Shown: positions 30,132-42,475, counted from the first letter of the stretch. The stretch: 64,000 nt of DNA from an uncultured Fibrobacteria bacterium (GCA_963716395.1 OY970309.1:288001-352000), one strand, 5' to 3'. Numbers and translations: made by a program. Notes: generated from the letters alone by a model not told the origin.

Positions 30132-30613
30132 GCGCCTATTTCCGCTTCGAATCCGATTTCGTGAATTCCCTGCGCTGCATTCCCATGGCCGTGCGCATGC
30201 AATTGGATTTGGCCGGCGTCAAATTGAAACTTTCGGAATGGTCCAAGCTCACCCTTTCGGATCGGCAAGCCTTGGTAGAAACGCCGTGTGCTACGGAAGA
30301 TGAAATTCGGGAATATCAGAAAAACATTTCGCTATTGGTCGCGACGGTTTGCGGCACGCCGCCCGCTTTGATTCCCATGGCACTCGAAAAAAACTGGGAG
30401 AACGAGCGGGAGATTCCGCACCAGGTGGTAGAAAAGGCCGCGCTACACGGCGTCCGCCTGCTTCCGGAAGCCTGGAAATCCCTGAGGCCGTTGCAACGCT
30501 TCGCCCTGGAGAAATTGAGCCGACCCGGGCATGAGGGAAACAATTTCCGGCCCGCGCTGATCGAATTCGGATTTCATCCGACTGCCCCGGAAAGCGGCGC
30601 GCGGATTGGGTGA
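30128..30613 (+). CDS. narM: Nitrate reductase-associated maturation protein
   Basis: [52 protein letters not shown]; ATGA overlap with the reductase gene. Confidence 0.9.
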   Translation: MSAYFRFESDFVNSLRCIPMAVRMQLDLAGVKLKLSEWSKLTLSDRQALVETPCATEDEIREYQKNISLLVATVCGTPPALIPMALEKNWENEREIPHQVVEKAALHGVRLLPEAWKSLRPLQRFALEKLSRPGHEGNNFRPALIEFGFHPTAPESGARIG

Positions 30614-30749
30614 GGTTTTTCCCATACAGCGCGATCATCCTTTGATTTGTGAGGATTATCTCGAAAATCGCCGATATCCCAGTTTTCCAAAATGAAGCAC
30701 GCAGCCAATTTATTCCGGAGTATTTTAAAGTAAAATCGATGGATGAATT

Positions 30750-32468
30750 ATGCTTAGGCCATTCGCGCTTCTTTTGATTCTGGCGGGGTCGATTTTAGGC
30801 CAACAGCAACCTCCGATTTCGAGGTTTTCGGATCTGGCAAAGAGTGAATTAGGATTTTCACCGCACATTCCTACCAATCTCAATTCCATTGACATTGACC
30901 TGCCCGCAATTGCATTAACAACCGGCGATAGCGTCTTTTTTCGCGCAGGAAATATGGTTGGATTAACTTGTGAAGGGTGTCCACCTTTCATACAAAGCGA
31001 TACCTTGTTTTCATTTGCCATACCAAAAATTTATCGCGGGCTCCCTTTGCAAAAAATGGTGCAGATTTTTTCTTTCTATCCAAACCCGCGTTCGGAACCG
31101 ACGTCCATTCATTTTTTAGCGGCCGACAGCAACCGCGTTTTGTATTGGTCTTACCAATGGAGCGACACCTTGGTGAAGGATCCACAACAGCCGTACTCAC
31201 CGCCCCCACCAACATTCAGCGATAGCATTACTTTGCCCATCGGTCCGCATCAGATCATTTATGGGATCGATGGCTTCACCGCAGATTCCATAGAAATACA
31301 CTTTGAAATATTCGGCAGCGGGGGGTTGCGCGCCCAAGTCAGCGCATCGTTATCTGGAATGCTGTTGGACTATCGCTATCTCGGCTTTGCCGATTCTTTG
31401 GATTTGACGGCTTCCGCTCCGGGTTTTTACGGGACGTTGCATGGACAAATCCTCGACTCGTCTTTGGGCTGGAATCCGATTCACATCGGGAATCAACCTG
31501 TTTCGCTGGTGGATTCGACCGGAGCCGTAGGCGATAGCGGGATGTTCGCATTGAAATCGCAGGGAGTATGGAGGCCATTCCCCCAGCCAGCCGATAATTT
31601 ACGGGACTTCGCGATTGAATTGATGGGCTTTAACGATTGGGGATATTGGGCCTATTGGGGAACACATGCGACATTATGGAACGACCACGACTCGTCTTAC
31701 GATCATTTCATTAAGGATGACTCCACGGTTTGGGTAAATGTATCGACGTCTCCGCCCCAAACATTTTCTAAAGATTCGATTCTGGTTTTTCATTCCACGC
31801 CCGATTCTATCACTTTGAATTTGTTCGACTCCGACTTGAATTACACCCTTCCCAATATTTCCTGGATCAGTAACGGAAACCGGGCTTTTTCCTGGAGCAG
31901 TACCTGGAAAAATTTCAGCCCGGGTTGTGTCGGCATTGATACCGTATCCTGCTTTTACTACCGAGGTCCATCGGCACCACTGATTTCGCTGCGATGGGAT
32001 CAGGATTCCGTATATTTACGATCAAGTTTGCTGCGTGGAACATGGCAAGAACGTGCATATTGGGGTGATTATGATATTCTCAACTATGCTTACTTTTACA
32101 TAAGCTTTGATTCCACCGCCGATACCACCCTTCATTGGTCCCAAGGCGACACGGTGCGCGTGCAATTCTGGAATGCCGCTTTTTCCCTGGTGCATGCCGA
32201 ACCCGTCGCGGTTGCACCGGCAACAACATCTTCGCCCTTGCGTGTGCGTTTACTCGCGCGTGAAATCCAATGGCAGCGTCCGGGTGCGACGACCGGAACG
32301 ACGTGGGAAATCCGGGATTTGCGTGGCCGGCCCGTGCTGCAAGGGACGGATCAGGGAACCGACGGAAACATCCGCTTCGATCGACTTCCTCCAGGCGTTT
32401 TCGAATTGATTTTCACAGACGCCGCCACGCACCATTTTCTTTGGCAGGGCCCCATCACCGCGATATGA
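30750..32468 (+). CDS. Secreted hypothetical protein with T9SS-sorting-like C-terminal domain
   Basis: Signal peptide; Ser/Asp/Trp-rich body; C-terminal WEIRDLRGRPVLQG...LPPGVFELI; visibly lower GC than flanks. Confidence 0.7.
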   Translation: MLRPFALLLILAGSILGQQQPPISRFSDLAKSELGFSPHIPTNLNSIDIDLPAIALTTGDSVFFRAGNMVGLTCEGCPPFIQSDTLFSFAIPKIYRGLPLQKMVQIFSFYPNPRSEPTSIHFLAADSNRVLYWSYQWSDTLVKDPQQPYSPPPPTFSDSITLPIGPHQIIYGIDGFTADSIEIHFEIFGSGGLRAQVSASLSGMLLDYRYLGFADSLDLTASAPGFYGTLHGQILDSSLGWNPIHIGNQPVSLVDSTGAVGDSGMFALKSQGVWRPFPQPADNLRDFAIELMGFNDWGYWAYWGTHATLWNDHDSSYDHFIKDDSTVWVNVSTSPPQTFSKDSILVFHSTPDSITLNLFDSDLNYTLPNISWISNGNRAFSWSSTWKNFSPGCVGIDTVSCFYYRGPSAPLISLRWDQDSVYLRSSLLRGTWQERAYWGDYDILNYAYFYISFDSTADTTLHWSQGDTVRVQFWNAAFSLVHAEPVAVAPATTSSPLRVRLLAREIQWQRPGATTGTTWEIRDLRGRPVLQGTDQGTDGNIRFDRLPPGVFELIFTDAATHHFLWQGPITAI

Positions 32469-32483
32469 TACGTATCTTACACG

Positions 32484-33332
32484 TTACGGTGCGGCGTTAA
32501 AGTCGGCCCAGTAGGGATTGCTGTGATTGGTGAAATCCCACGGGATCCACACCTGAAAACCCGTGTCGCTCAGGTTGCGAAGATTCAGCACTTTTTCGTA
32601 CTCGGGCGGATAGACCGTCCACGCTCCGTACTGATGGGTGGAATCCGCCTGCCGATAACTCGGCTGCATGCCGATGAGAAAAGACCCCGCCTGCATCCAC
32701 TGGGCAAAGGAGGTTTGCAGTTGCGGCTGGCCGTCTTGAAAATCGGTTTCGACGAAGGTGCCGCCCGCATGCGCCTCATAGCGCGTGGTCAGGGGCAAGG
32801 CGATTTGCACGGTGTCGGCGTAATACGGAACCGTGTCTAAATACTCGTAGGCCCCGTCGCGCACGGACGGTACCGGCAGGGCGCGCTGGTATTGCACCCA
32901 CCGGAGCAGGGTGTGCCTTTGCGCATCCTGACTCACTTCCAGCCTTTCAAAACCATCGGCGGTGACCTGACGCAACTGCGACGTGTCGGGCGCCAAGGTA
33001 TCCCAACTGGTGAATTCGCCGGTGTACTCGGCCCAACTCGATAAGACGGCGCTCCACACCATGCCGCCGCCCTGGGCGCGCCAGTTTCCCTTGATCTCCT
33101 GCTCCACGGCGTTGGAATCGACGGAGAAGAAATGGAAGGCACCGCTCGAATCCAGAATGAGATCGCTTTCCAACCCCAAGAGACGCGTGGCCTCGCCATG
33201 ATCGCCGCGATAATACCCGGGGGTTACGGTTGGGGGACTGTTTTCCTCTCCTCCGAAAATGCAGGCCGAAAGCAGCACCGCGCCCGCCGTCACTAAGAGG
33301 CGCACTGCCGACTTTAAACCCGTCCGGCGCAT
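32484..33332 (-). CDS. Hypothetical lipoprotein
   Basis: MRRTGLK...VLLSAC lipobox from ATG 33332; beta-strand-rich sequence. Confidence 0.75.
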   Translation of the reverse strand: MRRTGLKSAVRLLVTAGAVLLSACIFGGEENSPPTVTPGYYRGDHGEATRLLGLESDLILDSSGAFHFFSVDSNAVEQEIKGNWRAQGGGMVWSAVLSSWAEYTGEFTSWDTLAPDTSQLRQVTADGFERLEVSQDAQRHTLLRWVQYQRALPVPSVRDGAYEYLDTVPYYADTVQIALPLTTRYEAHAGGTFVETDFQDGQPQLQTSFAQWMQAGSFLIGMQPSYRQADSTHQYGAWTVYPPEYEKVLNLRNLSDTGFQVWIPWDFTNHSNPYWADFNAAP

Positions 33333-33485
33333 ACGATCCCTACGTTTTTTTTCACCACCCGGCCCCCTTTCCAAACTACACCGGAACCCGGCTAAACGCT
33401 GCGCGGTTTGGCGAACTTCGGGCGGCCATCCGGCTTTTTCCGCGTCGACGCGCGCCACTCCGCTTCGCCGCCCGGCGAAAAAAGC

Positions 33486-34457
33486 CTACTTGCGATGCTG
33501 CTGCCGCGTGCGTTCCGACAGAACCAAGGTGTCGGGCGGCACCGAGGATGTAACCCAACAGTTACCTCCGATCACGCTGTTGCGGCCGATAACGGTTTTC
33601 CCGCCCAGCACCGTGGCGCCGGCATACAGCGTGACGTGGTCTTCAATGTCAGGATGGCGTTTGATGCCTTTGATGGGCTTGCCATTCCGGTCTTTGGGAA
33701 AAGACAGCGCGCCCAGCGTCACGCCCTGGTAGATTTTGACGCCTTGGCCGAGTACCGCGGTTTCGCCGATCACCACACCGGTGCCGTGATCGATGAACAA
33801 GCCCGGCCCGATGCTCGCGCCCGGATGAATGTCGATACCCGTGCGCGCATGCGCCACTTCGCTCAACATGCGCGGCAGCAAGGGAATTTTCAGCCGGTGC
33901 AACTCGTGCGCGATGCGATGCGCAGCGATGGCGGGCACGAAAGGGTAACTCAGCAGCACCTCAACTACCGAGGTCGCAGCGGGATCGCCTTCGTAGGCCG
34001 CCTGCAAATCTTCGCCTAGCATGGCGCGGATGTCGGGCAATTGTTGCAGCAAGGCCTCGGCTGCGACTTCGGCCCGGCCGCGGTTGTCGCCACATTCGCT
34101 GGCATCGGCGCCCGACCGCCTTGCTTCGAAATCCAGCGCCATGGTCGCGAAATCCGCCAACGTCGCGCGCAAGGTATGCAACGTTTCGCGCAAAAAAACG
34201 GCCAACTGTTTCTCCTGTACGGCTTGATCACCGAAAGCTCCGGGAAAAAGCACCGCCAGAAAATCGTCGAGCAGGCGCGCCACGGCCTTGCGGCCCGGCA
34301 TCCGACAACCTTCCTGGATATTGGCCAAATGGTCCCCGGCAATGGCGGCTTCCAAAGCCGGCGCCAATGTCGGCGGCGAATCCGGCGGGAATTCCGCGGG
34401 TTTTCGGGATGAGTTCTTGGCGACCTTGGGGTGAGTCGGGTGCGGGTTTTGGTTCAT
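33486..34457 (-). CDS. cysE: Serine O-acetyltransferase (EpsC/CysE type)
   Basis: GDPAA, HRIAHEL, TGIDIHPGA, FIDHGTGVVIGET, YQGVTLG, KRHP. Confidence 0.95.
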   Translation of the reverse strand: MNQNPHPTHPKVAKNSSRKPAEFPPDSPPTLAPALEAAIAGDHLANIQEGCRMPGRKAVARLLDDFLAVLFPGAFGDQAVQEKQLAVFLRETLHTLRATLADFATMALDFEARRSGADASECGDNRGRAEVAAEALLQQLPDIRAMLGEDLQAAYEGDPAATSVVEVLLSYPFVPAIAAHRIAHELHRLKIPLLPRMLSEVAHARTGIDIHPGASIGPGLFIDHGTGVVIGETAVLGQGVKIYQGVTLGALSFPKDRNGKPIKGIKRHPDIEDHVTLYAGATVLGGKTVIGRNSVIGGNCWVTSSVPPDTLVLSERTRQQHRK

Positions 34458-34519
34458 TTGCAACAAATATAGATTCGGCCTTTTCCGGCCGGATTTCGCG
34501 GCCGAATTAGATTGGGGCC

Positions 34520-35656
34520 ATGCGCATCTGGGTCGATGAAAATATTCCGGGGCGCGAGGTTTTTTCGGTCTATGGCGAAGTGCGAACCTTCGCGGGGCGG
34601 GCTTTGCGCCATAGTGATCTCTACAATGCCGACGCCCTGCTGGTGCGCTCGGTAACCCGGGTTGATCGCGACTTGCTCGACGGCACCCCGGTAGCCTTCG
34701 TGGGCACAGCCACCATCGGTGTGAATCACGTCGATCAGGGCTACTTGCGGGGCGCGGGCATCGGCTTCGCCTCGGCGCCGGGATGCAACGCCCGCTCCGT
34801 GGCCGAATACGTGGTCGCGGCCTTGCTGCATTTGCAGGCACAAAGCGGATTGCCACTCGCTGGGCGGACTTTGGGAATCGTGGGATGCGGGCATGTGGGC
34901 GGCGAAGTCGCGCGTCTGGCCCCCGCCTTAGGGTTGAAAATACTGCGCTGCGACCCGCCGCGGGCCGAAGCCGGCCATGCAGGCCCGTGGTTGAATCTGG
35001 CGGAATTGTCGGCCCGAAGCGACATTATAACCTGGCACGTACCGTTAATCGAAACCGGGAGGCATTCCACGCGCGCCTTGGCCGGATCAGAGTTTTTCCA
35101 GGGGTTGAGCCGCCCCATGTGCTTTCTCAACACCTCGCGGGGCGAAGCGGTGGACGAAAGCGCCCTGCTGCGGGCCTGCGATCGCGGCCTGATTTCGCAC
35201 TTGGTGCTGGACGTGTTCGCGGGTGAACCGGATATCGATTCTTCGCTCGTGCAACGTGCCGATTTGGCCACACCCCATATTGCGGGATATTCGGTTCAGG
35301 GCAAGTTGAATGGAACCCGCCAAATCTTGGCGGCGTTTTGCCGCCATTTCCACCTGCAAAAAACCCGGGAGCCGGAATATCCCTCGCCGGCCCGGCCCGA
35401 AATCGACTATCAACCCGGAAAAAGCGCCGAATTCAATTTGCTACACTGCGTCACGCATGCCTATGCAATTGCCCGGGATGACGAAAAATTAAAGTCCGCG
35501 CTGAAAAACCCCGACAAACCGGCACCATTCGACTCCTTGCGCCGAAATTATCCCGCACGCTTTGAATTCCCGTCCTTCCGTATTCGGAATATTCCCGCGC
35601 CGGATTTCCTGTTACGCGAGCGCCTGCAAGGATTGGGCTTTTTTTTGGAATCGTGA
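34520..35656 (+). CDS. pdxB: 4-phosphoerythronate dehydrogenase
   Basis: DENIP, LLVRSVT, GTATIG..H.D, APGCNA.SVAEY, G.GHVG, TPHIAGYSVQGK, FDSLRRNYP.R.E. Confidence 0.95.
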   Translation: MRIWVDENIPGREVFSVYGEVRTFAGRALRHSDLYNADALLVRSVTRVDRDLLDGTPVAFVGTATIGVNHVDQGYLRGAGIGFASAPGCNARSVAEYVVAALLHLQAQSGLPLAGRTLGIVGCGHVGGEVARLAPALGLKILRCDPPRAEAGHAGPWLNLAELSARSDIITWHVPLIETGRHSTRALAGSEFFQGLSRPMCFLNTSRGEAVDESALLRACDRGLISHLVLDVFAGEPDIDSSLVQRADLATPHIAGYSVQGKLNGTRQILAAFCRHFHLQKTREPEYPSPARPEIDYQPGKSAEFNLLHCVTHAYAIARDDEKLKSALKNPDKPAPFDSLRRNYPARFEFPSFRIRNIPAPDFLLRERLQGLGFFLES

Positions 35657-35748
35657 CACGGTTCGGTAAAATTCTCATCGAGTTGTGGCGAAAACTCTTT
35701 GGCGCCAGTATGTTAAGCAATTAAGGACGATGGGACCCGGTAACTTCG

Positions 35749-36561
35749 ATGAAACACCTTCTCACCGCCGAAACTCCCGTGCGCGAATGCCTGCGCCTGC
35801 GGCCTTTATCCCTGGAATTGTTCGCGAAGCGCGGCCTCGATTGCTGGAGCCACGTCGATAAACCTCTGCGCTTTTTCTTTCCGGACGAAGCCTCCGGTGC
35901 TTTGGCGGCTTTTCTGGAGGAATTCGAAATCATACCCGTGCCCCTGGTCGACAGCCGCTGGCAGGAATTGCCGGTGGCGCATCTGCTCGACTTTCTGACC
36001 CAAGAGCACCGCGAATTTCTGCTGAATTCGGTGACGGATATTGCTTACGTCATTGACGTGCAAGGCTTGGTGGACGCAGAAGTCGGTTCCGACGTGCGCC
36101 GGTTACAGGCCGAATTCCAGGATTTTGTGGCGGCCCTGCGTTCGGAGCTCGAACAGGAGGAAACGCGCGTGTTCCGGCGCATTCTGCGTTACGACGCCTG
36201 CCTGCGCGATGCGCGGGTGCATCCCGAATTCCAACAGGGCTCGCTGCAATTCAGCATTGCCATGCGCGCCCATCGCTTTACGGCCATGCGGCATAAAACC
36301 TTTCCGGCCCTGCTGGCTTTGGCTCATCGGGCCGAGCAATCCAATCCGGAAAACTCGGGGCTCACGACCTTGGCGGAACGGCTGCGCGATTTCGACCAAC
36401 GGCTGGAAACGCATGAGCGCCTGGAAATGGACGCGCTTTTCCCCATGGCCCTGGCCATGGAGCGTACGCTCTATAACCTTACCATCAACGGTTCGCATGC
36501 GGCGGACCGCGTCGTACGCGGACCCATGGATTCCGGCATTCTCCGCCTGCGCGGCGCCTAA
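35749..36561 (+). CDS. RIC/YtfE-like protein (ScdA-like N-terminus plus hemerythrin domain), divergent
   Basis: LFAKRGLDC, W...HLLDFLTQEH, EETRVF, HERLEMDALFP.A. Confidence 0.7.
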   Translation: MKHLLTAETPVRECLRLRPLSLELFAKRGLDCWSHVDKPLRFFFPDEASGALAAFLEEFEIIPVPLVDSRWQELPVAHLLDFLTQEHREFLLNSVTDIAYVIDVQGLVDAEVGSDVRRLQAEFQDFVAALRSELEQEETRVFRRILRYDACLRDARVHPEFQQGSLQFSIAMRAHRFTAMRHKTFPALLALAHRAEQSNPENSGLTTLAERLRDFDQRLETHERLEMDALFPMALAMERTLYNLTINGSHAADRVVRGPMDSGILRLRGA

Positions 36562-36711
36562 TCAATCGATCGGTGGCCCGCGTTTCGGCGGCGGTGCCCT
36601 CACTTCTTATTCGCACCGGCTTGCGAGGCCTTGACGGTTTCGCTAAATTGAATCGCCTCACGGCATTACAGCTCACAGATCTATTCGGAAGAAACAGAAG
36701 GGAGTCCGGTT

Positions 36712-39438
<2,727 letters not shown>

Positions 39439-39459
39439 CCGTTCTTTACGCCCGACTTG

Positions 39460-39497
39460 AAGAGCAGAAAAGCCTCAGCGCCTTTCTGCTCTTTTTT
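39460..39497 (+). terminator. Intrinsic terminator of ppdK
   Basis: Stem AAGAGCAGAAA / TTTCTGCTCTT followed by a T run. Confidence 0.8.
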
Positions 39498-39509
39498 GTT
39501 TGACATTCT

Positions 39510-39552
39510 TGCACAAAACTCGGATTTGAACGTGAATATCCGGTTTTGTGCA
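39510..39552. repeat. Imperfect inverted repeat (operator-like or RNA hairpin)
   Basis: TGCACAAAAC-T-CGGAT-N12-ATCCG-GTTTTGTGCA, right after TTGACA at 39500-39505. Confidence 0.7.
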
Positions 39553-39788
39553 TATCTTATCAACAGTATCAACGTGGTAACGACAATTGTTTAACCAAAG
39601 CGTGTCCGATGATAACGCACATGGGAAAATCGGGCATGGGTTTTAATCTTGCCAGCGCCTAGTTTAAGTTTGGGTTCGATCTTGGTAGAATCGTAGACCG
39701 CAACTATTTTCTTCGCTCGGATTTTGCGGGAGGCTTTCTGTCCTCAAACCTGATCCAAGAACTCGAAGCCGCATACGCTTGCGGAGAG

Positions 39789-40169
39789 ATGGAAACCCTT
39801 AAGGAATCCATTCTTCCCTTCATTCGCGCCAACCGGGAGAAAATCCTGCTTTTCATCGGCGATTTTCAGCGGTCGCGCAGTTCCTGCCGCCTGGATCAAT
39901 TGATCAAATTTTTCATCATCCAGAGCAACCTGCCCTTCAACATGCGCGATTACATGACGCGCCAAAGCCATGCCATCCACTGCGAAGTGGGCAAGCATGA
40001 AAACGCCGAGCTGCGCCGGGTCGCAGTCACCGAATGGATTCATCGCAAAGCCGAAGAACACCGTAGCCGCAGCATGATTCAGCAGGTCTTTTGCTTCGAG
40101 AAGTGCAAGGAGATGCTGCTCCCCCTGATCGAAGAAGAATTGGGATTGACCATCGGCGCCGGCGTTTGA
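39789..40169 (+). CDS. Small soluble hypothetical protein
   Basis: 126 aa ORF, GGAGAG upstream, typical codon usage. Confidence 0.75.
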   Translation: METLKESILPFIRANREKILLFIGDFQRSRSSCRLDQLIKFFIIQSNLPFNMRDYMTRQSHAIHCEVGKHENAELRRVAVTEWIHRKAEEHRSRSMIQQVFCFEKCKEMLLPLIEEELGLTIGAGV

Positions 40170-40279
40170 TCGTCGGCTCGATTCGCCCTTCCTTTCCGAT
40201 CCCCCAGCGCGCGTTTTACCCGCATTCTTCCGGACATCCCGTCTGCCTGAGGTTCTGCGGCGGATTGCGTCGCTCGTTT

Positions 40280-41089
40280 TCACCGACCCGCGACGCGGCG
40301 CACCAATAGGGCGCGGCGATGTTCGCGGAAAAAGGCTCGGATCGGTTCGCCAAGCTCCGGCAGAACGGCTCCATTCTCCGCGGCTAAGAACGACTCGACG
40401 TCGGCTTCGGTGACTCCGCCCTGACCCAGATGCGCAAACAGACGGCGGTAAAAGTCTTTGAGAAAGTGCGCCGCTTCGACCCCGAATCCCAGTTTTTGCA
40501 AACCGATTTCATTCACGCCAGCCCAGGCCAAGGGTTCGCCCAGTGCTTTGCAAAAGGGCGGCACGTCTTTGTCGACGCGCAACCCCCCGCCGATGAAGAC
40601 GCCGGGCCCCACGGTGACGAATTGGTGGAGGCCCGTCATGCCCGAAACCACGGCGCCGGAGCCGATGCGCACATGGCCGCCCATGTGCACCCCGTTGGCC
40701 ACGATCACGCCGTCTTCGAGCACGCAGTCATGCGCCACATGCGAGTAAGCCATCACCAGCACCTTGGCGCCGATGCGGGTGCAGCCGGTGGCGGCCGTGG
40801 CGCGGTTCACGGTCACGTATTCGCGCAGGACCGAGCCTGGTCCGATGCGCACGCGGGTTGGTTCTCCCCGGTATTTCAGGTCTTGCGGCGCATGGCCGAG
40901 GATGACCCCGTCGGAAAGCGCGACGCCGGCCTCCAGTTCCACCCCGGAATACAGATGGCAAAACGCGCCGATGCGCGCACCCGGACCGAGCATGACCCCG
41001 TCGTCGATGACCGCGTAGGGCCCGACTTCGGCGTCGGCCGCAACGACTGCGGCCGGATGCACCAGGGCCGTGGGGTGAATTTCGGACAT
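40280..41089 (-). CDS. lpxA: UDP-N-acetylglucosamine acyltransferase
   Basis: IHPTALV, PQDLKY.GE, REYVTVNR, HVAHDC, HQF, DVPPF. Confidence 0.96.
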   Translation of the reverse strand: MSEIHPTALVHPAAVVAADAEVGPYAVIDDGVMLGPGARIGAFCHLYSGVELEAGVALSDGVILGHAPQDLKYRGEPTRVRIGPGSVLREYVTVNRATAATGCTRIGAKVLVMAYSHVAHDCVLEDGVIVANGVHMGGHVRIGSGAVVSGMTGLHQFVTVGPGVFIGGGLRVDKDVPPFCKALGEPLAWAGVNEIGLQKLGFGVEAAHFLKDFYRRLFAHLGQGGVTEADVESFLAAENGAVLPELGEPIRAFFREHRRALLVRRVAGR

Positions 41090-41114
41090 GGAGGCAAAAT
41101 CCGAAGGCGGGCGC

Positions 41115-41576
41115 TTAGACCAGCGCGGCTTTGATCACGGCCTCGCACACCTTTTCGCCGCGTACTTCGGCCCGGGCGGCAAAGGTGGCGAATCCGCGGC
41201 GATACTGGGTCAAGGAGGCGTGCAAATACAAGGTATCGCCGGGCCGGACCGGCTTGCGGAAACGCGCGTTTTCAAGGCCGGCAAAGGCGGGCCGCTTGCC
41301 CGCAGCTTCTTCGGGGTAAGAGCAGGCCATAAGAATACAGCAGGCCTGGGCCAGGGCTTCGATTTGCAGCACCCCCGGCATCACCGGTTCGCCGGGAAAA
41401 TGCCCCGCGACAAAATCGTCGGCAAAAGAGACATTCTTCACGGCTTCAATGCGGCGGCCCGGCTCGCAGACCGGCACTGCATCGACGAACAGAAACGGGG
41501 GCCGATGCGGAATGGCGCGCAGAATGCCGGCATAATCCAGGGCGATGGAATCGGGACGAGTCGGAGTTTCGCTCAT
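41115..41576 (-). CDS. fabZ: 3-hydroxyacyl-ACP dehydratase
   Basis: IPHRPPFLFVD, GHFPGEPVMPGVLQIEALAQ, FRKPVRPGD. Confidence 0.97.
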   Translation of the reverse strand: MSETPTRPDSIALDYAGILRAIPHRPPFLFVDAVPVCEPGRRIEAVKNVSFADDFVAGHFPGEPVMPGVLQIEALAQACCILMACSYPEEAAGKRPAFAGLENARFRKPVRPGDTLYLHASLTQYRRGFATFAARAEVRGEKVCEAVIKAALV

Positions 41577-42475
41577 GGTTGCAATCGCTCCAGCAGCAGA
41601 TGGTTCAAGGCGTGCCCGCCGTTGCGCATGCGCAGTTGCAAGCGCGGCAGGCGCAATCCCAGCAAGGCCAGGTCTCCCAGCAGATCTAATATCTTGTGCT
41701 TAGCCAACTCCTCCTCCACCCGAAACCGGCCCGGTGGCAAGAGGGGAAATTCCGCATCTGCGAGTTCGGGATAGCGGGCCCGGGCCTCGACGAATTCGTC
41801 TTGCGTCTCGGCCAGCAAGAGGCCCGACCCCAATGCCGCCCCCTGCAACAGATCCGGATCGGGAGCGGCTTTTTTCCAATCGCTCCAAGAAATAAAAGTT
41901 CGGGCCGGCAGCACTTCGCGCACCGCTGTTTCCGCATCGCCCAACACAAAGCGCTGCCGCCAAGCGCCGCGGCTCCAGGCGTACTCCACCGAAAATCCAT
42001 CCGCCGGCCGCGCCTGCAAACTTCCTTCGGGCCCGTCATAGTCCCAGCGAAGGTCAGACGCAAACTCGCGCCAGCGGGGCCGGGCCGCGGCTTCGGGAGC
42101 CGCCGCCGCCAAGGCCCGGTAAAACGGGAGGCTGCTGCCGTCCAAACCCGGAGGTTCGACCGCATCGCAATGCACATCCAACGGGGAGTCGGCGAAAAAC
42201 ACGGCGGCCGCCAGCACATGCTCCGGCGCCTCGATAGCCCCCGCGCCATATTCGATGCGGGTCGACCGCCGGGCCAGACGGGTTCCTTCTCCCAGCGCTT
42301 CGGGGGCCAGAGGTCCGTCGGGCCAAAAGAAACGCAGTCCGCCGCTCTGCTCGTCGCGGCGCCGCACCCACCAGCGGCTGGGCCGGCCACGATGCAGGCC
42401 GACTCCGGCCAGATCGCAGGCTACGGTCGCTTCGCCGCCCGCGGGTCTTTCGGGGACGGACAGGAGAGACGTCAT
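41573..42475 (-). CDS. lpxC: UDP-3-O-acyl-GlcNAc deacetylase (divergent)
   Basis: GVGLH, EHVLAA, EPPGLDGSS, PARTF, HKILDLLGDL, GHALN. Confidence 0.9.
   Translation of the reverse strand: MTSLLSVPERPAGGEATVACDLAGVGLHRGRPSRWWVRRRDEQSGGLRFFWPDGPLAPEALGEGTRLARRSTRIEYGAGAIEAPEHVLAAAVFFADSPLDVHCDAVEPPGLDGSSLPFYRALAAAAPEAAARPRWREFASDLRWDYDGPEGSLQARPADGFSVEYAWSRGAWRQRFVLGDAETAVREVLPARTFISWSDWKKAAPDPDLLQGAALGSGLLLAETQDEFVEARARYPELADAEFPLLPPGRFRVEEELAKHKILDLLGDLALLGLRLPRLQLRMRNGGHALNHLLLERLQP

Noticed and set aside
39614-39660. Resemblance to the start of a c-di-GMP-I riboswitch (ACGCACATGGGAAAATC)
   Set aside because: No GNRA-capped stem or downstream conserved segment follows.
41573-42475. lpxC as another pseudo-enzyme
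   Set aside because: Although divergent, it keeps the EH, HKxxD and GH catalytic motifs.
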